From Macrostomum lignano (lineage: Eukaryota): a DNA stretch of 64,000 nucleotides. The stretch is from NCBI GenBank assembly GCA_002269645.1, contig NIVC01002878.1, positions 1 to 64,000 of the forward strand, written 5' to 3'. Under the pieces are notes generated by a model that was given only the letters and a program-made list of their open reading frames with translations, searched no databases and was not told the DNA's origin. The position numbers and the translations under genes are program-made. Below are positions 14,693 to 27,614 of the stretch, piece after piece; within the stretch, counting starts at the first letter, position 1, and the number at the start of each line of letters is the position of its first letter.

Positions 14693-16710
14693 ATGTACTC
14701 ATTTCTCCGAGTCGCGCAGCGGGGCAAGTCCCGCCGGTGCAAAAAATCCGCCGCGGCAGCCGCAGCCGAAGCCGCCTGTCCCGAGCCGGACGATGCATCG
14801 AAGACCAACGCGAATGCGGCAGACAGCGGTACTACAGCCTCCGCTCCGCATCAACCCCATCATCAGCATCGGAGCGCAGTTGTCGACGGAGTTGCTGGCA
14901 GTTTACGCCGACAAGAATCAAGCTGCGACAGCGGCTGCCAGCGAGTCAGCATCAACGTGGCTGGAGAAATATTCGAAACTCAGCTGAGAACGCTGCGTCG
15001 ATTTCCCGGCACTCTGCTTGGCAACGACCAGAAGCGGCTGCAGTACTGGGACGCCAGTCGAGGACAGTACTTCTTCGACAGGCACCGCCCTTCGTTCGCC
15101 GCGATACTCAACTATTACCAGTCTGGCGGCAGGCTGCGTCGACCAAATGAAGTGCCCGAGGAGGTGTTCTACGAGGAGCTGAGATTCTTTCAACTTGACG
15201 AAGCCGTCATTCGCAGCTTCTTAGTGTCCGAAGGTTACTCGCAGCTCACGGTGCGGCACTGGAGTCAGCCGAGCTGGAGAACCAGCCTGTTCTCTGCGCT
15301 GCACTATCCGAAGACTACCAAGTTTGGCAGGCTGCTGGTGGCGCCCAGCGTGGCCATCATTATCCTGTCAGTGGCGCTGCACTGCCTGCACTCGCAGCCA
15401 GACCCGTGCACCGCGGCTGATGGCACCGGGGAGGATGGCAACAGGAGCTCCGCGGCTTCGACACGGTGAGTGTCTGGTAAAGCTTCTGGGAACACTGGTG
15501 CAACGTCTTCGTCGATATAATCCTACAACTAGCAAAGAGGTAGTTCTGCCTGTTTCCCTGACCCCTGAGCACATGCAAGCGCGCAGAACGCTTTCATACG
15601 CTCGCTCACAAAGGGTGTGCAGCAGCTCAGACTTTCTAATCGTCAAATATGTACACTCACTGAGCCTTGTCCTGATTGGGTGAGAATTGGACGACAATCT
15701 GGCCACGCAATCTGAAAATGCTATCTCATAAAAAAACACGATCTCAGCTTTTGTGGCTGAGGTGCGTCGTACTGTTTGGCCCTTCAGATTTTCCTTTAGA
15801 GACGGAATACCTTTTAAAAGGATTTAAAACTATAGAGTATGTATGGTTGGATCTATCAATTCAACCCGAAAGGGAAATCAGCAAGTATGTTATTTTTACC
15901 TGCGGAACTTGCCACCCCTGACGGGCCCATCACTGAAAAAAGCAAAAACATGCTCATTCGACCGCCTTCTGCAGCTACCTGCCGCTGGTATTCGGTCCCA
16001 AGCAAATGTCAATCAGCTCCAACAGTCTATGGTTTACCAGACTCGAATTCGCTTGCGTCTCTTGGTTCGCTCTGGAGTTCTGCATCAAAGTGGCCGTCTG
16101 CCCGCTGCCCCGAACTCACCTGGTCCGTTCCGCGGCTGTTTGGCTTGACGCAATCAGCTTTACACCCTACTTCATCTCAGTTGCCATGGAAACGTTGGGA
16201 AGATTCTGCGCCGACAGCGGCCTGATGCGAGCGTTGCACTTTAGCCATGTGTTGAGAATCTTCAAACTGTACCGCTACGTGACCGGGATGCAAATTCTGG
16301 GCAGGACGCTCAGGATGAGCATCCGGGAGCTCACCATGTTTCTGTTCTTCGTCGGCGTCAGCGTGGTTTTGTTCGCTTCGGCGATTCACCAAGCGGAAGG
16401 AGCGGTGCAGCGGCAGTTCCAGAGCATCCCGCACGCGTTCTGGTGGGCGGTGATCAGCTTGTGCACCGTCGGGTATGGAGACGCAGTGCCGCGAACCCTG
16501 GTTGGCAAGCTGATTGGTTCAGCGTGCGTTGTAGCCGGGGTCATGACGGTGGCCCTGCCAGTTCCTGTCATCGTCACGAACTTCAACAGCGTCTACAGGC
16601 GGACGGTGCTGTCAAAACGGGTGCAAAATCGACCAGAGTTGCTGCACAAAAAACTGCTACATCCGGTGAAATGCTGTGCAATCAGGTCGTCTTCGGACAT
16701 TGTTGAGTAG
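14693..16710 (+). CDS. Shaker: Shaker/Kv1-family voltage-gated potassium channel; exons 14693-15465 and 15975-16710
   Basis: T1 domain RVSINVAGEIFET...YFFDRHRPSFAAILNYYQSGGRLRRP; pore SIPHAFWWAVISLCTVGYGD; S6 ALPVPVIVTNF; GT-AG intron 15466-15974 keeps the frame (CG|C = Arg). Confidence 0.95.
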
Positions 16711-18148
16711 TGATCTAAGATTCTTTCATTGTCCTAATTTAAAGTGTCGTAACTTTTTTGAAGCTACATGTCAGTGTCAGACACTTTATTAAGCTACATG
16801 AAGTTCTCAGCTATTTCTAGAAGAGTTCACTGCTTTTAAAGTAAGTTAACTTCTTGATTTATACTCGGTTAAAACAAACTCAAAGTTTTAATAGAGTTTT
16901 GAAGTCAAAAAGCATTTTAGCATCATTTTACTGTCATACTCGTACAAATTTTTATTATGATTGTTAGTAACCAATATTTTTAAGATAAACTATGAGGAAG
17001 CTGTGATAATTTTTTGTTGTATCCTAAAGCTGTCAACTAATTTTGGTGGAACGTTGCTCGAGGAGGTGCTACTTTCAGGGACTCAAGGATGCTCCTGGAA
17101 AAGATGCTGTTGTTACATGCAGGAATCAAGGATGCTTGTGCAGGTTGTGCTGATTGTAGGGTGGATTTTATTGGGATAAGTTTTAGTCGGGGCCAAATTT
17201 TTCACAGCTTCTATCTCAAACGTTGTAGAATTACATGTACGTCATTTAAGATTAAACTTAGGATACTTTCTTAGGCCAGCTTAGAAATATTGGTCATTTC
17301 TTGGTGAGACTAATAAAAATAATTGAATTTGCTCAGCCATAATTTGCATTATACGCGTGACATTCACAATTTGCTACTGAGCACTACATACATGTAAGTA
17401 GTCACTAACGCACTGCAGCGAATATTTTACTTGCACCCATGAAAATTTTCTTACAATGCGCGAATACCAAATGCTCAATTTTCCAAAACAACAATGTTTA
17501 TTACAATTTGACAATAAAGACTTCAAATTCTCATCTAACACACAGACTTGTATTTTTTTATTTTTAAGCTAGCTATGAATTACTCAAATTAAAGATAAAG
17601 CAAAGAAAGTTCCTAGGGTTTTATTTATTAATTATCGGGAAGGAAGTCGAAAAATTGAAAAACAAAAAGAAACAACCTCATTCAAACAAAAGACTTTCTC
17701 AAAAATCAGCTTTCCACACCGAATTGATTTCGCGAAAGTTTACGATCATGGAAAATTACACGGAAGGACTGTCACAGACAAAAAACTAACTTGCTACATT
17801 TGCAATTCAATGATTAATCAAGCCTCCTATCTTTTTTAAGACCCCCTGTTCGTTCTTTAAGATCCTCATTTTCCTCCTACAACCGCTCGAATTCATTTTG
17901 AAATGCATTGAAATGCATGAAATCTAATTTTTTTGGAGTACTTAATGCAGTATTTGTTACCTCTGGCTTACTTACGATAATCGCATGAAGCTATATTATG
18001 TATTTGGACCGAGCTAATTGAGATTGCCGATAGTTTTGTGCTAAAAATAGACAAAATTTTCTATTTCTCTAATGGGAGACGAGACTTCAAAGCAAAGTTA
18101 AGCGCGAAAATCAAGTATTGCGTCCTGATACGATTATCAAATAAAACT

Positions 18149-21100
18149 TCATTCAACAACATTGGGCATTAGCGGTTCCAGCACAGCCCTGGCTGGTCCG
18201 TCTGTACTCAAATCCGGACTGCTATCGGACAGGTCGAGCACTTCGGGCAGCCTCCAGGCCTGGCTCTGGTCCCGCTCTCGACAGGACTCCACGCTCAGGC
18301 CTGGCTGAGACATGGCCGCCGTGTGCCGCAGGGTTAGGCACTGGCCAGTGGCCGGGTGGTAAATCTGCCTGTCCCCGGTGTCCTCGTACCGCCAGCTCTG
18401 GTATTTGCCGTAGCCTCCATAGCCTTGACAGGCCACGAGGGTCAGGGCGCGACCGTTGTAGTGCAAGCAGTCTGTTTCACGGATCAGCTCGCCGTGCTCC
18501 GACAGAGTCCAGACTTGATTGCCGCCCTGTAGAGTAATAGTAGTGTGGTTAGCGTTTTTAATGATATATTTATTATTTTCATTTAATATTAATTTTTATG
18601 TTTCCTGCAATTGATTGATTGATTGACATAAATGAGCAGGGGAAAGAAAAGGACCCGGATACGGATGGAGAAGACCCGGATAGGGATGGAAAGGACCCGG
18701 ATAGGGATGGAAAGGACCCGGATATGAATGCATGGAGAGGATCTTGATATAGAAGAAAATGATCTAGATATGAATAGGATATCTAGATATGGAAGCACGG
18801 GGCACTAATAAGAGACCCAATACGGCACTATAACACTAATACTAGACCCAACGATGTTGTAATAAAGCCACAATATATTTTTATGTTGATATCAGGGATG
18901 TTAGATAGGAAATATAGATACTGACAACTCATTTTTAGTGTAGCGGGAAAGAAAAAGATCGAGAGCAGTGATTAGATTCACATTCCAATACCTTGTTGTG
19001 GCACCGCTGCAGGCTGACTTCAGCGCCTCCTTGTCGCCTGATTCCGTCAAGGCACCAGGCATCTCCGCCAACTAGGCGGAAGGACTGAATGACCCCGATT
19101 CGCGTGCTGTTGCCCCATCTCAGCTGCTCAGGGTAGACGTGCTCCAGGTACCAGCGAAACGAATGGCAGTTGAGCCGTTTTCGGAGAGCCATACGATCAG
19201 AAACATCGCCATAATCGCCCAGCAGGTTGTTAAACTGGCGATAATAAATATGCTTGAAATTATCCATCCACACTTCGGCCATTCGAATAGTGTTCCGCTT
19301 GAGAACGTCGCCGGACCCTTCGCCCCAGGAGTAGGGGCTTCGGGTGCGAAACACGTGACCGATGATGGAGCAGGGCAGAATCTCGATGCGACCGCCGCAC
19401 ATCCAGATGCGGAAACTGCAAGGAATTTTTGTTTGGATACTTTTGTTTGAATGTGAGTCAGGCACAACACTCGAGCAACTTTTAAAGGGTGCACAGTGGT
19501 TTTGACTTTCTCATCGTTTGGTTGGCTGGTAGGTACACACGCTCTCAGGATCCTCATACAGTAGGATCAGCTGGGATGAGATTTGACGAGTGATTCGGGT
19601 TAAAATTGGCTGGATAAAAATGTGGATGTACTTTTAAAAAATCATTATCTCTGTATACTAATAGATTTTCATTAGATAAGTTACGAATACGTACATCTAT
19701 GCTCACCTGATTTCAAGATTCTCCGCGCCCCAAATCTCCATGCCTTCGTCGTATCGACCAAGCTCGTCAAAGTAGCTCCTATCGATGCTGAAAAGTCCAC
19801 CGGCCATGGTTGGCGTCGGCACCGGCTGAGCCAGGCTGCTGAGATTCTGTCGGATTCTCTGCGGCATCGACTGCCAGCTGAAGCTCATGGTGTTCCAGCG
19901 GAATCCACCAACAACCATGCGCTCGTTGGCGACGTGGAAGAAGCCGAAGTTATCTTCGTTGATAACGTCGATGTGGGGCACGGCGACATTTCGTCGATCG
20001 TCTCGGATGCGTTGGAGCAGCGGCTCCAGCCAGCCGTCGGTGCACTCGATGTGCGAGTCGAGGAAGGTCAGCGTCTGCCCGGTGGCCACAGACGCGCCAA
20101 CCAATCTTGATCGAATTAAACCTTCGCGTTTCTTGTTGCGCAACAACCGTACGCGACCGAGTTTTGCCAGGTAATCTTCAAGGGGTCGGCCTAGGTGAGG
20201 TCGATTAGAGAAGTCGTCTACTAGAATGATCTCGTGCAGCAAAGCAGGCGGTGCTCTGTCCAGCACAGAGTGGATGCTGCGCAGAAGGACGCTCCAGGCC
20301 TCGTTGTGCATGCACATGATGACGCTGGTGTTTGGCAGCTGCTCAATCGAGTACTTTCTGTTTCGGCAGTCCTTTGGACGGTAATCCTGATAATTATAAC
20401 AAACGCTAAGTTTTTTTGTCATTTAAGAAGCTTTCTCAGAATCTATCTGCATTATCATGTTTCGCTAAAAAACTATTGCCATAAAGGTGCTACAAATCGG
20501 TCAAGTATTCAGTAATAACACCCAGAAAAGTGCTCAGTCTAGTTAATTGGCCCTAGCTAGAAAAATACTTCATCTATCGATGCTCAAAAAAGCTACTCTG
20601 ACAAAAAATCGAAGGTAAAAATTACCTGCAACCTGCGTTGCACACTGATTAGTTCGCTGGCGTATTCGTTGAACGCATTCTCCTTCCAGCCTCGCTCAAA
20701 TCGTTCGAGTTGGCGCTGATCCAGCAGCTGCTTGTTGACTACCACGCTGGCGCCGAGCTCGCCGGGACCTGTCGGGGTCGGCAACTTGCTGGTGACTTGC
20801 TGGGTTGTCGTCGGCGTTGTTTCAGTCGACGTCTTGCTTGTTTTTGCAGTTACGGACGAAGTTTTGGTCGTTCCTGTGGTTGTCTTTGCTGTCGCTGTCG
20901 TCGATTCCTCCGTTGTTTCTTCGGCTGTTGTTGTCTCAGTGGCAGCCTTCCTCAAATCTGCCAGACGTTGCCTGAATTGCTCATTTTTACGTTTCAACTT
21001 AGCCATTCGGTTACGGATGTCTGCATCGATTGCCGAAGCAACATCGTATCTGCTCTTCTTAGTTAAGCGGGATTTATCTGCTGAATCGGCATTCCACAGC

Positions 21101-21339
21101 TCGGCTCTGACGCGCTCTTTATCTAGTCGAATCGCCTCCCGAATCGAGCCCAAGACCGAGTCGTCGACATCGTCTTTGCTGCCGTCCAGTAGTCTGTCGC
21201 CGCGATCTTCAACCGGTTGATCACTGCCACCGTTGTGAGAGCCGATCAAGAAGAGAGCGACGGCGAACCACAACAGTGGAATGAGCAGCAGTACGCGATA
21301 GTTGACTAGGCGCCTCAGGGACCAGACCACCAGGGACAT
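18149..21339 (-). CDS. GALNT: Polypeptide N-acetylgalactosaminyltransferase; exons 21339-20626, 20386-19707, 19415-18992, 18526-18149 (~731 aa)
   Basis: Type II TM anchor, Thr-rich stem, [22 protein letters not shown], DxH motif [30 protein letters not shown], ricin lectin repeats (GGNQVW, QSW, QAW). All introns are GT-AG with consistent phases. Confidence 0.96.
18643..18725. repeat. ~21-bp intronic tandem repeat (GGAAAGGACCCGGATAGGGAT)
   Basis: About 4 units inside GALNT intron 3. Confidence 0.8.
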
Positions 21340-22962
21340 GAGGACTCAGAAATCAGGATGCAATCGGCAGTTTAAAAATCTAATAAAGACACGCGCAGAC
21401 TAACAAAGTACTGTGCAACATTTATGCGCTGTTGTTTTACTGCAGTAACTCAGTATTTACTGCTTTACAAGCTTCCGTAGTTCCTCCCCCGAAGTTTTTG
21501 AGGACTATGAGGCGATCGGATTTATTTTTCTCTCCAGATCTTTTCTCCCATTCTTATGGAGGATTTGAATAGCAATTCTATACTATATTGCCAGCTGTTG
21601 TTTTTGCGGCGTAGGGATTGTGGGTCAATTCTCGGGATTAAATACGCGCGCGCGCACTCGCGAATTACCTGAAGGGGGCAGAAACAAAGCCAGTCACGTA
21701 GTATAGAGCTGACTGCAGAAGCAACAGCTTGTGCGAAGCGGCGGCATTGCGGCACGCTTAGGCTTGGCGTCCTCTGGCAAGATCGTCTTCCACAATGCGC
21801 AAAATAAGACTAAGACTTTATTGTGCAAACTGTAACTTTATAGTAACTGGTCTTTGGGAAAATAACTATGAATTTGATTCACTGTGTCGTACTCACTTAT
21901 AAATGTTGAATGAGAGTTGTTGGTAGAGACGCTTGAGAATCACGTGATCGGAAACTGGATTAGAAGAGAGAAATACGCTTTGTCAGTCAAATCTCTATTC
22001 AGTCTGGAGTGAACGGCGTGCAGCCTTGATGTGAGCGAGCGCTATAGCTGAAGGCCGGTCTGTCGGTCTACTAAAGCTGCGTCCGTGACCCCAACCTCTT
22101 TCCAACCATCTTTCCCTCCGTCCCGCTCTCATTGAATCGGTCGCCGCCTCTCTGTTCACTAATTACAAATGCACACTGAAGAGCCGCGTCACGAAAACGG
22201 TGTGCGGTTGTGACGTTTTCCTGTCACACATTAGCGTATAATTGACACAGAGATGACGTTTAGTCTAGAATTGCGGTCGCAGCACAATTATGGCTGATAA
22301 TAAACGTGCCAGCAATTGATTTTAGGAAAATATCAATCAGCTGACTAAAATGGTAATCTTTTTTATAAGCTAGATTTTTTCTATTGCATTGTATGAAGTG
22401 AGTGGATTTAAAAGAAAGTAAAGTAATGAAAAACGCATACTATGTACGACTTAAAATTAATCTTTGATTTAAATTTCTTTTAATATTGTGCAGTTTCATG
22501 TTTAAACACGATTGAGCAATAATGTGATTGTTTACGTCTTAAAAATATTGTTTAAATTCATCCATAAAGATACTAGTAAAACAAACTAATCATTCTGGCC
22601 GCTGCGCATTTATTAAAATAATTTACCTAAAGAATGCAACAAGCGGTTCTATAATTATACTGATATCAACCTATACTACTAATAAAAAGTAGAGTTAGTC
22701 ACCCGGTTTAAGTTTGGAAAGGAGAAGACACCCATCGTACGAGCTAGTAGTACGTCTGGTGTAACGTCGTCTATTCTTGGACGCACAAGCTGCTCTTTGA
22801 CAAACAATCAAACCCCAGCGAGTGCATGTGGTAGTCGCGGACATTCAGGCTGCACTTGTTGAACACAACAATTACACATGCTCTGAATCAAATTGACAAT
22901 TCAAGGTTTTCTATCTTTCGAGTTCAATGGGTTTCACTCTTAGCGCAACTGAACACTTCACT

Positions 22963-23648
22963 ACCAGGGGCTTTAGCACCAGGGGCTTTAGCACCAGGGG
23001 CTTTAGCACCAGGGGTTTTAGCACCAGGGGCTTTAGCACCAGGGGCTTTAGCACCAGGGGCTTTAGCACCAGGGGCTTTAGCACCAGGGGCTTTACCACC
23101 AGGGGCTTTAGCACCAGGGGCTTTAGCACCAGGGGCTTTAGCACCAGGGGCTTTAGCACCAGGGGCTTTAGCACCAGGGGCGCCAGCACCAGGGGTTTTA
23201 GCACCAGGGGTTTTAGCACCAGGGGCGCCAGCACCAGGGGCGCCAGCACCAGGGGCGCCAGCACCAGGGGCGCCAGCACCAGGGGCGCCAGCACCAGGGG
23301 CGCCAGCACCAGGGGCGCCAGCACCAGGGGCGCCAGCACCAGGGGCGCCAGCACCAGGGGCGCCAGCACCAGGGGCGCCAGCACCAGGGGCGCCAGCACC
23401 AGGGGCGCCAGCACCAGGGGCGCCAGCACCAGGGGCGCCAGCACCAGGGGCGCCAGCACCAGGGGCGCCAGCACCAGGGGCGCCAGCACCAGGGGCGCCA
23501 GCACCAGGGGCGCCAGCACCAGGGGCGCCAGCACCAGGGGCGCCAGCACCAGGGGCGCCAGCACCAGGGGCGCCAGCACCAGGGGCGCCAGCACCAGGGG
23601 CGCCAGCACCAGGGGCGCCAGCACCAGGGGCGCCAGCACCAGGGGCGC
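22963..23648 (-). repeat. 15-bp minisatellite, same family as 6013-6699, opposite orientation (left part of an LTR-split array)
   Basis: AGCACCAGGGGCTTT then AGCACCAGGGGCGCC units. Confidence 0.97.
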
Positions 23649-24665
23649 TGATGTGTTCCTTATTACCTGCCTTCGATAATCAAGGAACAATCACTTCTAG
23701 CTCTGTAGCTAGGCAACCCAGTAAATCAAATGAAGGTATGTATTACCTTGAGTCCTGTCTCGGAGAGCTCTTCCGTGTTCTGTAGTTCTCGGACTTCCTT
23801 TGACCCTCGAACTTCGTTAGACGTCTATGTTCGTAACCAGGTCCGCGTTCCTTTACGTCCACTGAAGTCGTTTCCGGCCGGTATCTGTAGTGCGGACCAA
23901 TGGGAAGCTTCCAAATCAACAATGGGTACCCTGCGCCAAACTGCGGTTTAACATAAGCCTACTCCTTCTAGCAGTGCCTCTATGCACTCTAGGTATAGCT
24001 CCGGAAACCTTTGATAGTCTTCTAAGATCTATCAGAGGCAGTCCTTCTGGAGACTGCAACCAGTAGAGTCTAAACAGACTCAGGAGTCTCAACAGACTCA
24101 AACTAAACTCCAACGAGACGTCTCAAAACACAGGCGCAAATGAGTAAGGCTTACCGCAAGAACTCGACGAGTCTTCTGTAGGAAGTCCTGTAGTGGCTTC
24201 CTCTTCGGAGCTCTTCTCCTTCCGGAGGAATTGTGGCTCCGGGTCCGTTCCGGACCACTTGTATTTATAGACGTTCAGACCTCTCTCGAGGTCGTACATC
24301 ACTGTCTTCGCAAATGTCAAAGGGTCAAGATTCGGTGGCTGTCAAGCATGACAGGGTAGAAAGTTGCGCAACTAGTCTACTGTAAAAGCGCATGATTGGT
24401 TACCGTAGCTGGTAGACTTTGATTGGTTCATCCGGGTGCAACCCAAATGATGACTTGAAGGTGGGGTTTGAATTGACAGTTGTTGGTCGCACGTGATTGG
24501 GTGATTTCTAAAATTAGCATGCTCGAGGTCTCTCTCTTCCTATTGGTTAATTCGAATATATGTATGGTTCAGCGCATATCCTTATACATGCTCCTCAAAT
24601 TACTACTATTTAAGTAGTACGTTAACAATTTTAAATAACTTTTCTGGGAGATATAATACTCTACA
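23649..24665 (-). mobile_element. Solo LTR (1017 bp) with 4-bp TSD GCGC, related to the LTR at 45100-45951
   Basis: Termini TGATGT...CTACA on the + strand; GCGC at 23645-23648 and 24666-24669; 23649-24270 aligns by eye with 45100-45739; TATAAATA on the - strand at 24262-24269. Confidence 0.92.
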
Positions 24666-25481
24666 GCGCCAGCACCAGGGGCGCCAGCACCAGGGGCGCC
24701 AGCACCAGGGGCTTTAGCACCAGGGGCGCCAGCACCAGGGGCGCCAGCACCAGGGGCGCCAGCACCAGGGGCGCCAGCACCAGGGGCGCCAGCACCAGGG
24801 GCGCCAGCACCAGGGGCGCCAGCACCAGGGGCGCCAGCACCAGGGGCGCCAGCACCAGGGGCGCCAGCACCAGGGGCGCCAGCACCAGGGGCGCCAGCAC
24901 CAGGGGCGCCAGCACCAGGGGCGCCAGCACCAGGGGCGCCAGCACCAGGGGCGCCAGCACCAGGGGCGCCAGCACCAGGGGCGCCAGCACCAGGGGCGCC
25001 AGCACCAGGGGCGCCAGCACCAGGGGCGCCAGCACCAGGGGCGCCAGCACCAGGGGCGCCAGCACCAGGGGCGCCAGCACCAGGGGCGCCAGCACCAGGG
25101 GCGCCAGCACCAGGGGCGCCAGCACCAGGGGCGCCAGCACCAGGGGCGCCAGCACCAGGGGCGCCAGCACCAGGGGCGCCAGCACCAGGGGCGCCAGCAC
25201 CAGGGGCGCCAGCACCAGGGGCGCCAGCACCAGGGGCGCCAGCACCAGGGGCGCCAGCACCAGGGGCGCCAGCACCAGGGGCGCCAGCACCAGGGGCGCC
25301 AGCACCAGGGGCGCCAGCACCAGGGGCGCCAGCACCAGGGGCGCCAGCACCAGGGGCGCCAACACCAGGGGCGCCAGCACCAGGGGCGCCAGCACCAGGG
25401 GCGCCAGCACCAGGGGCGCCAGCACCAGGGGCGCCAGCACCAGGGGCACCAGCGCCAGAGGCGCCAGCAACAGGGGCGGCA
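24666..25481 (-). repeat. 15-bp minisatellite (right part of the LTR-split array)
   Basis: (AGCACCAGGGGCGCC)n resumes in phase after the TSD. Confidence 0.97.
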
Positions 25482-26414
25482 ACAGTATAATGTCTACAGT
25501 GCAAGCCCCTTTTGATAAAAACAGTGTGTAACCGGCTATTCAATATCGACAAGTCCAAGTGTGATTGCAAAGCAAATAACCGTGATAATAAGACATTAAG
25601 CACCAGTAGCTAGATCTGGTTTGTTGAAGAGTTTCAATTAGAAAGATTTTTGTTTACCACCTGAAAGAGACTGTTTACTGTCTCTTTCGCGGTAGTCGGA
25701 CGGTAAGATTCCCGTTAACCCATAAGAGGTTGCCCATGTTTCACCGTCCTCCCGCAGCTATGCAGCAAACGATTACATAATCGGGTTAGATAGCGCGAAG
25801 CACTCAGCATAATGTCGGAGAATTTTTGCTCAATTGATAGATAACGAAATTTTCACGTTAGAGCTCGGCTTGCAAGTTGACGTGTTAAGTTGAAAATTTG
25901 GTTGTTTGTTTTAATCGACAGATTTAACTGATTATTTATAAAAATGATTTCTAGGAAATTCTATCAGAAAGTCTTAACATTTCGATGCCAGGATTAATTA
26001 GATAATTTGCTGTTTTGCTAGCAATAACTGCTGCTATCAGTTTATTTATGTTTATAAAATATTCAATAAGATTAAACATAAGAGGAGAATTTCTTCAACA
26101 ATAGTTAGTCTTGGTTTAATTTCAAACTGAAAAAAACTTTATAAATATTAGGGCAAATTATTAAATATATATAATTATATAAATTATATAAATATAATTA
26201 GTATATATATATTCATACATGTACACTTTTAGGGCACTGCGGTTAACTAGATATAATTCGACTTGTGTAGATATGTTTGTCATACTTATAAGTAGTGTCT
26301 TTGGTTTTAGGCTCTGTTAGGTTTTTTATAGTTGCTTTTGGACTTCAAATTGTCTTAACATATCGAGTGTAAATTTCTGCGATCATCAAAATTTGACTGA
26401 CTTAGAAGTCGAAT

Positions 26415-27614
26415 TCAGCCGTTTGAGCACATCAGCTCAAGCTGGTGAAACTCTTCCAGGCTGAGAGCTCCAAGGCTGAAACCGTAGCAGAACATTGTGC
26501 CGTTCAGGCACTTTGAATCTGTCGATGACCGTCCCAGATTCAGTATCTCAAATCGATCTACCGAGTAGACGTCTGATTCACGTTCAACCGAATCAGCTAA
26601 AGCCAGCGAGCCGCTATACGAGCCGTAGTAAAATTGGTGCACGGCGGTTCCATTGCAAACGAATCCCGTCGACATCACTCGCTGGGCTCCGTCAGATGGC
26701 AGGATTGGCTGCCACGTAGAGCGAATTTTTTCTTTCCCATTTGCGTCCGGTTCCACCCTAACAACGTCGTAGATTTTTCCCTCGTCCAAATAAAACACAT
26801 TTCCGAACTTGGAATTGTTGTTCGAAAACTTTTGATAGAACTGGACACTAAAATAGTGAAAAGATTCTGCAAGTCTTGGTCGTGGTCAGCCACTACATTT
26901 AACTTTTAAATGCAATATTCACGCCTCAGCTTACAGTGAATTGTGGAACAAGTGCCGAACTCGAACGAATGCAGAGTACTTTTCACCGAGTTTGAAGTAT
27001 CTCCAGAATCCGGGAGTCTCAGTGCTCAGGAATGAGCCAGAATGACCACCAAAGTGAGCACCCACTGAGTCGATTGTCACGTTGCGAGACTTCAGACAGA
27101 ACTGTCTCGGGTTGACTTCATTCCTGAGACCGCTCCTCGAGAACTTGTAGAACAGCTTCAGTTTGAGCTTGGTGAACTCGGGCTTGGGCAAGTCTGAAAC
27201 AATTTGAGTACTCGATCAGCTCATTTGAGACGGAATAAATGAAAATTTCAGTCCAAATACGTATGAGCTGCTGTGCAACTCACCGCAGTCTCCGCACAGC
27301 ACATCCGTGTACTTGTACGAGTCGCAGTCGTCTTCGTCAGTCCATTGCTTGAGTTCTGAGCACGCGTCTCCATGGTAACACTGGCCGGTGCCAATTTTGA
27401 AGTGGAATGCGTTGCAGGTGGGCAGTCGGGAGCAGGCGGCGGCGCACTGCAGCTTGCTGGTCAGCTTTTGCGGCAGCAGAGAGGCTTCTTCGGTGGGACA
27501 GCTGTGGAACTTCTCGAACGACAGCTTAGAGGCGGAGGTACCGGCTGCTGAGCTCCAGCCTAGCAGTGAGAGTATCAGTGACAGGGATAGGACCTTGCTA
27601 ATCCTTCTCATCAT
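26415..27614 (-). CDS. Secreted PAN/Apple-domain protein, copy A; exons 27614-27284, 27193-26935, 26847-26415 (~340 aa, intact)
   Basis: Signal peptide; PAN pattern C...SKLQCAAACSRLPTCNAFHF..GQCY; GT-AG introns give an open frame of 1023 nt. Confidence 0.82.

Noticed and set aside
25660-25690. GAAAGAGAC…GTCTCTTTC hairpin as a terminator, ribozyme or Helitron end
   Set aside because: A lone 9-bp stem with no hammerhead core or Helitron terminal motif
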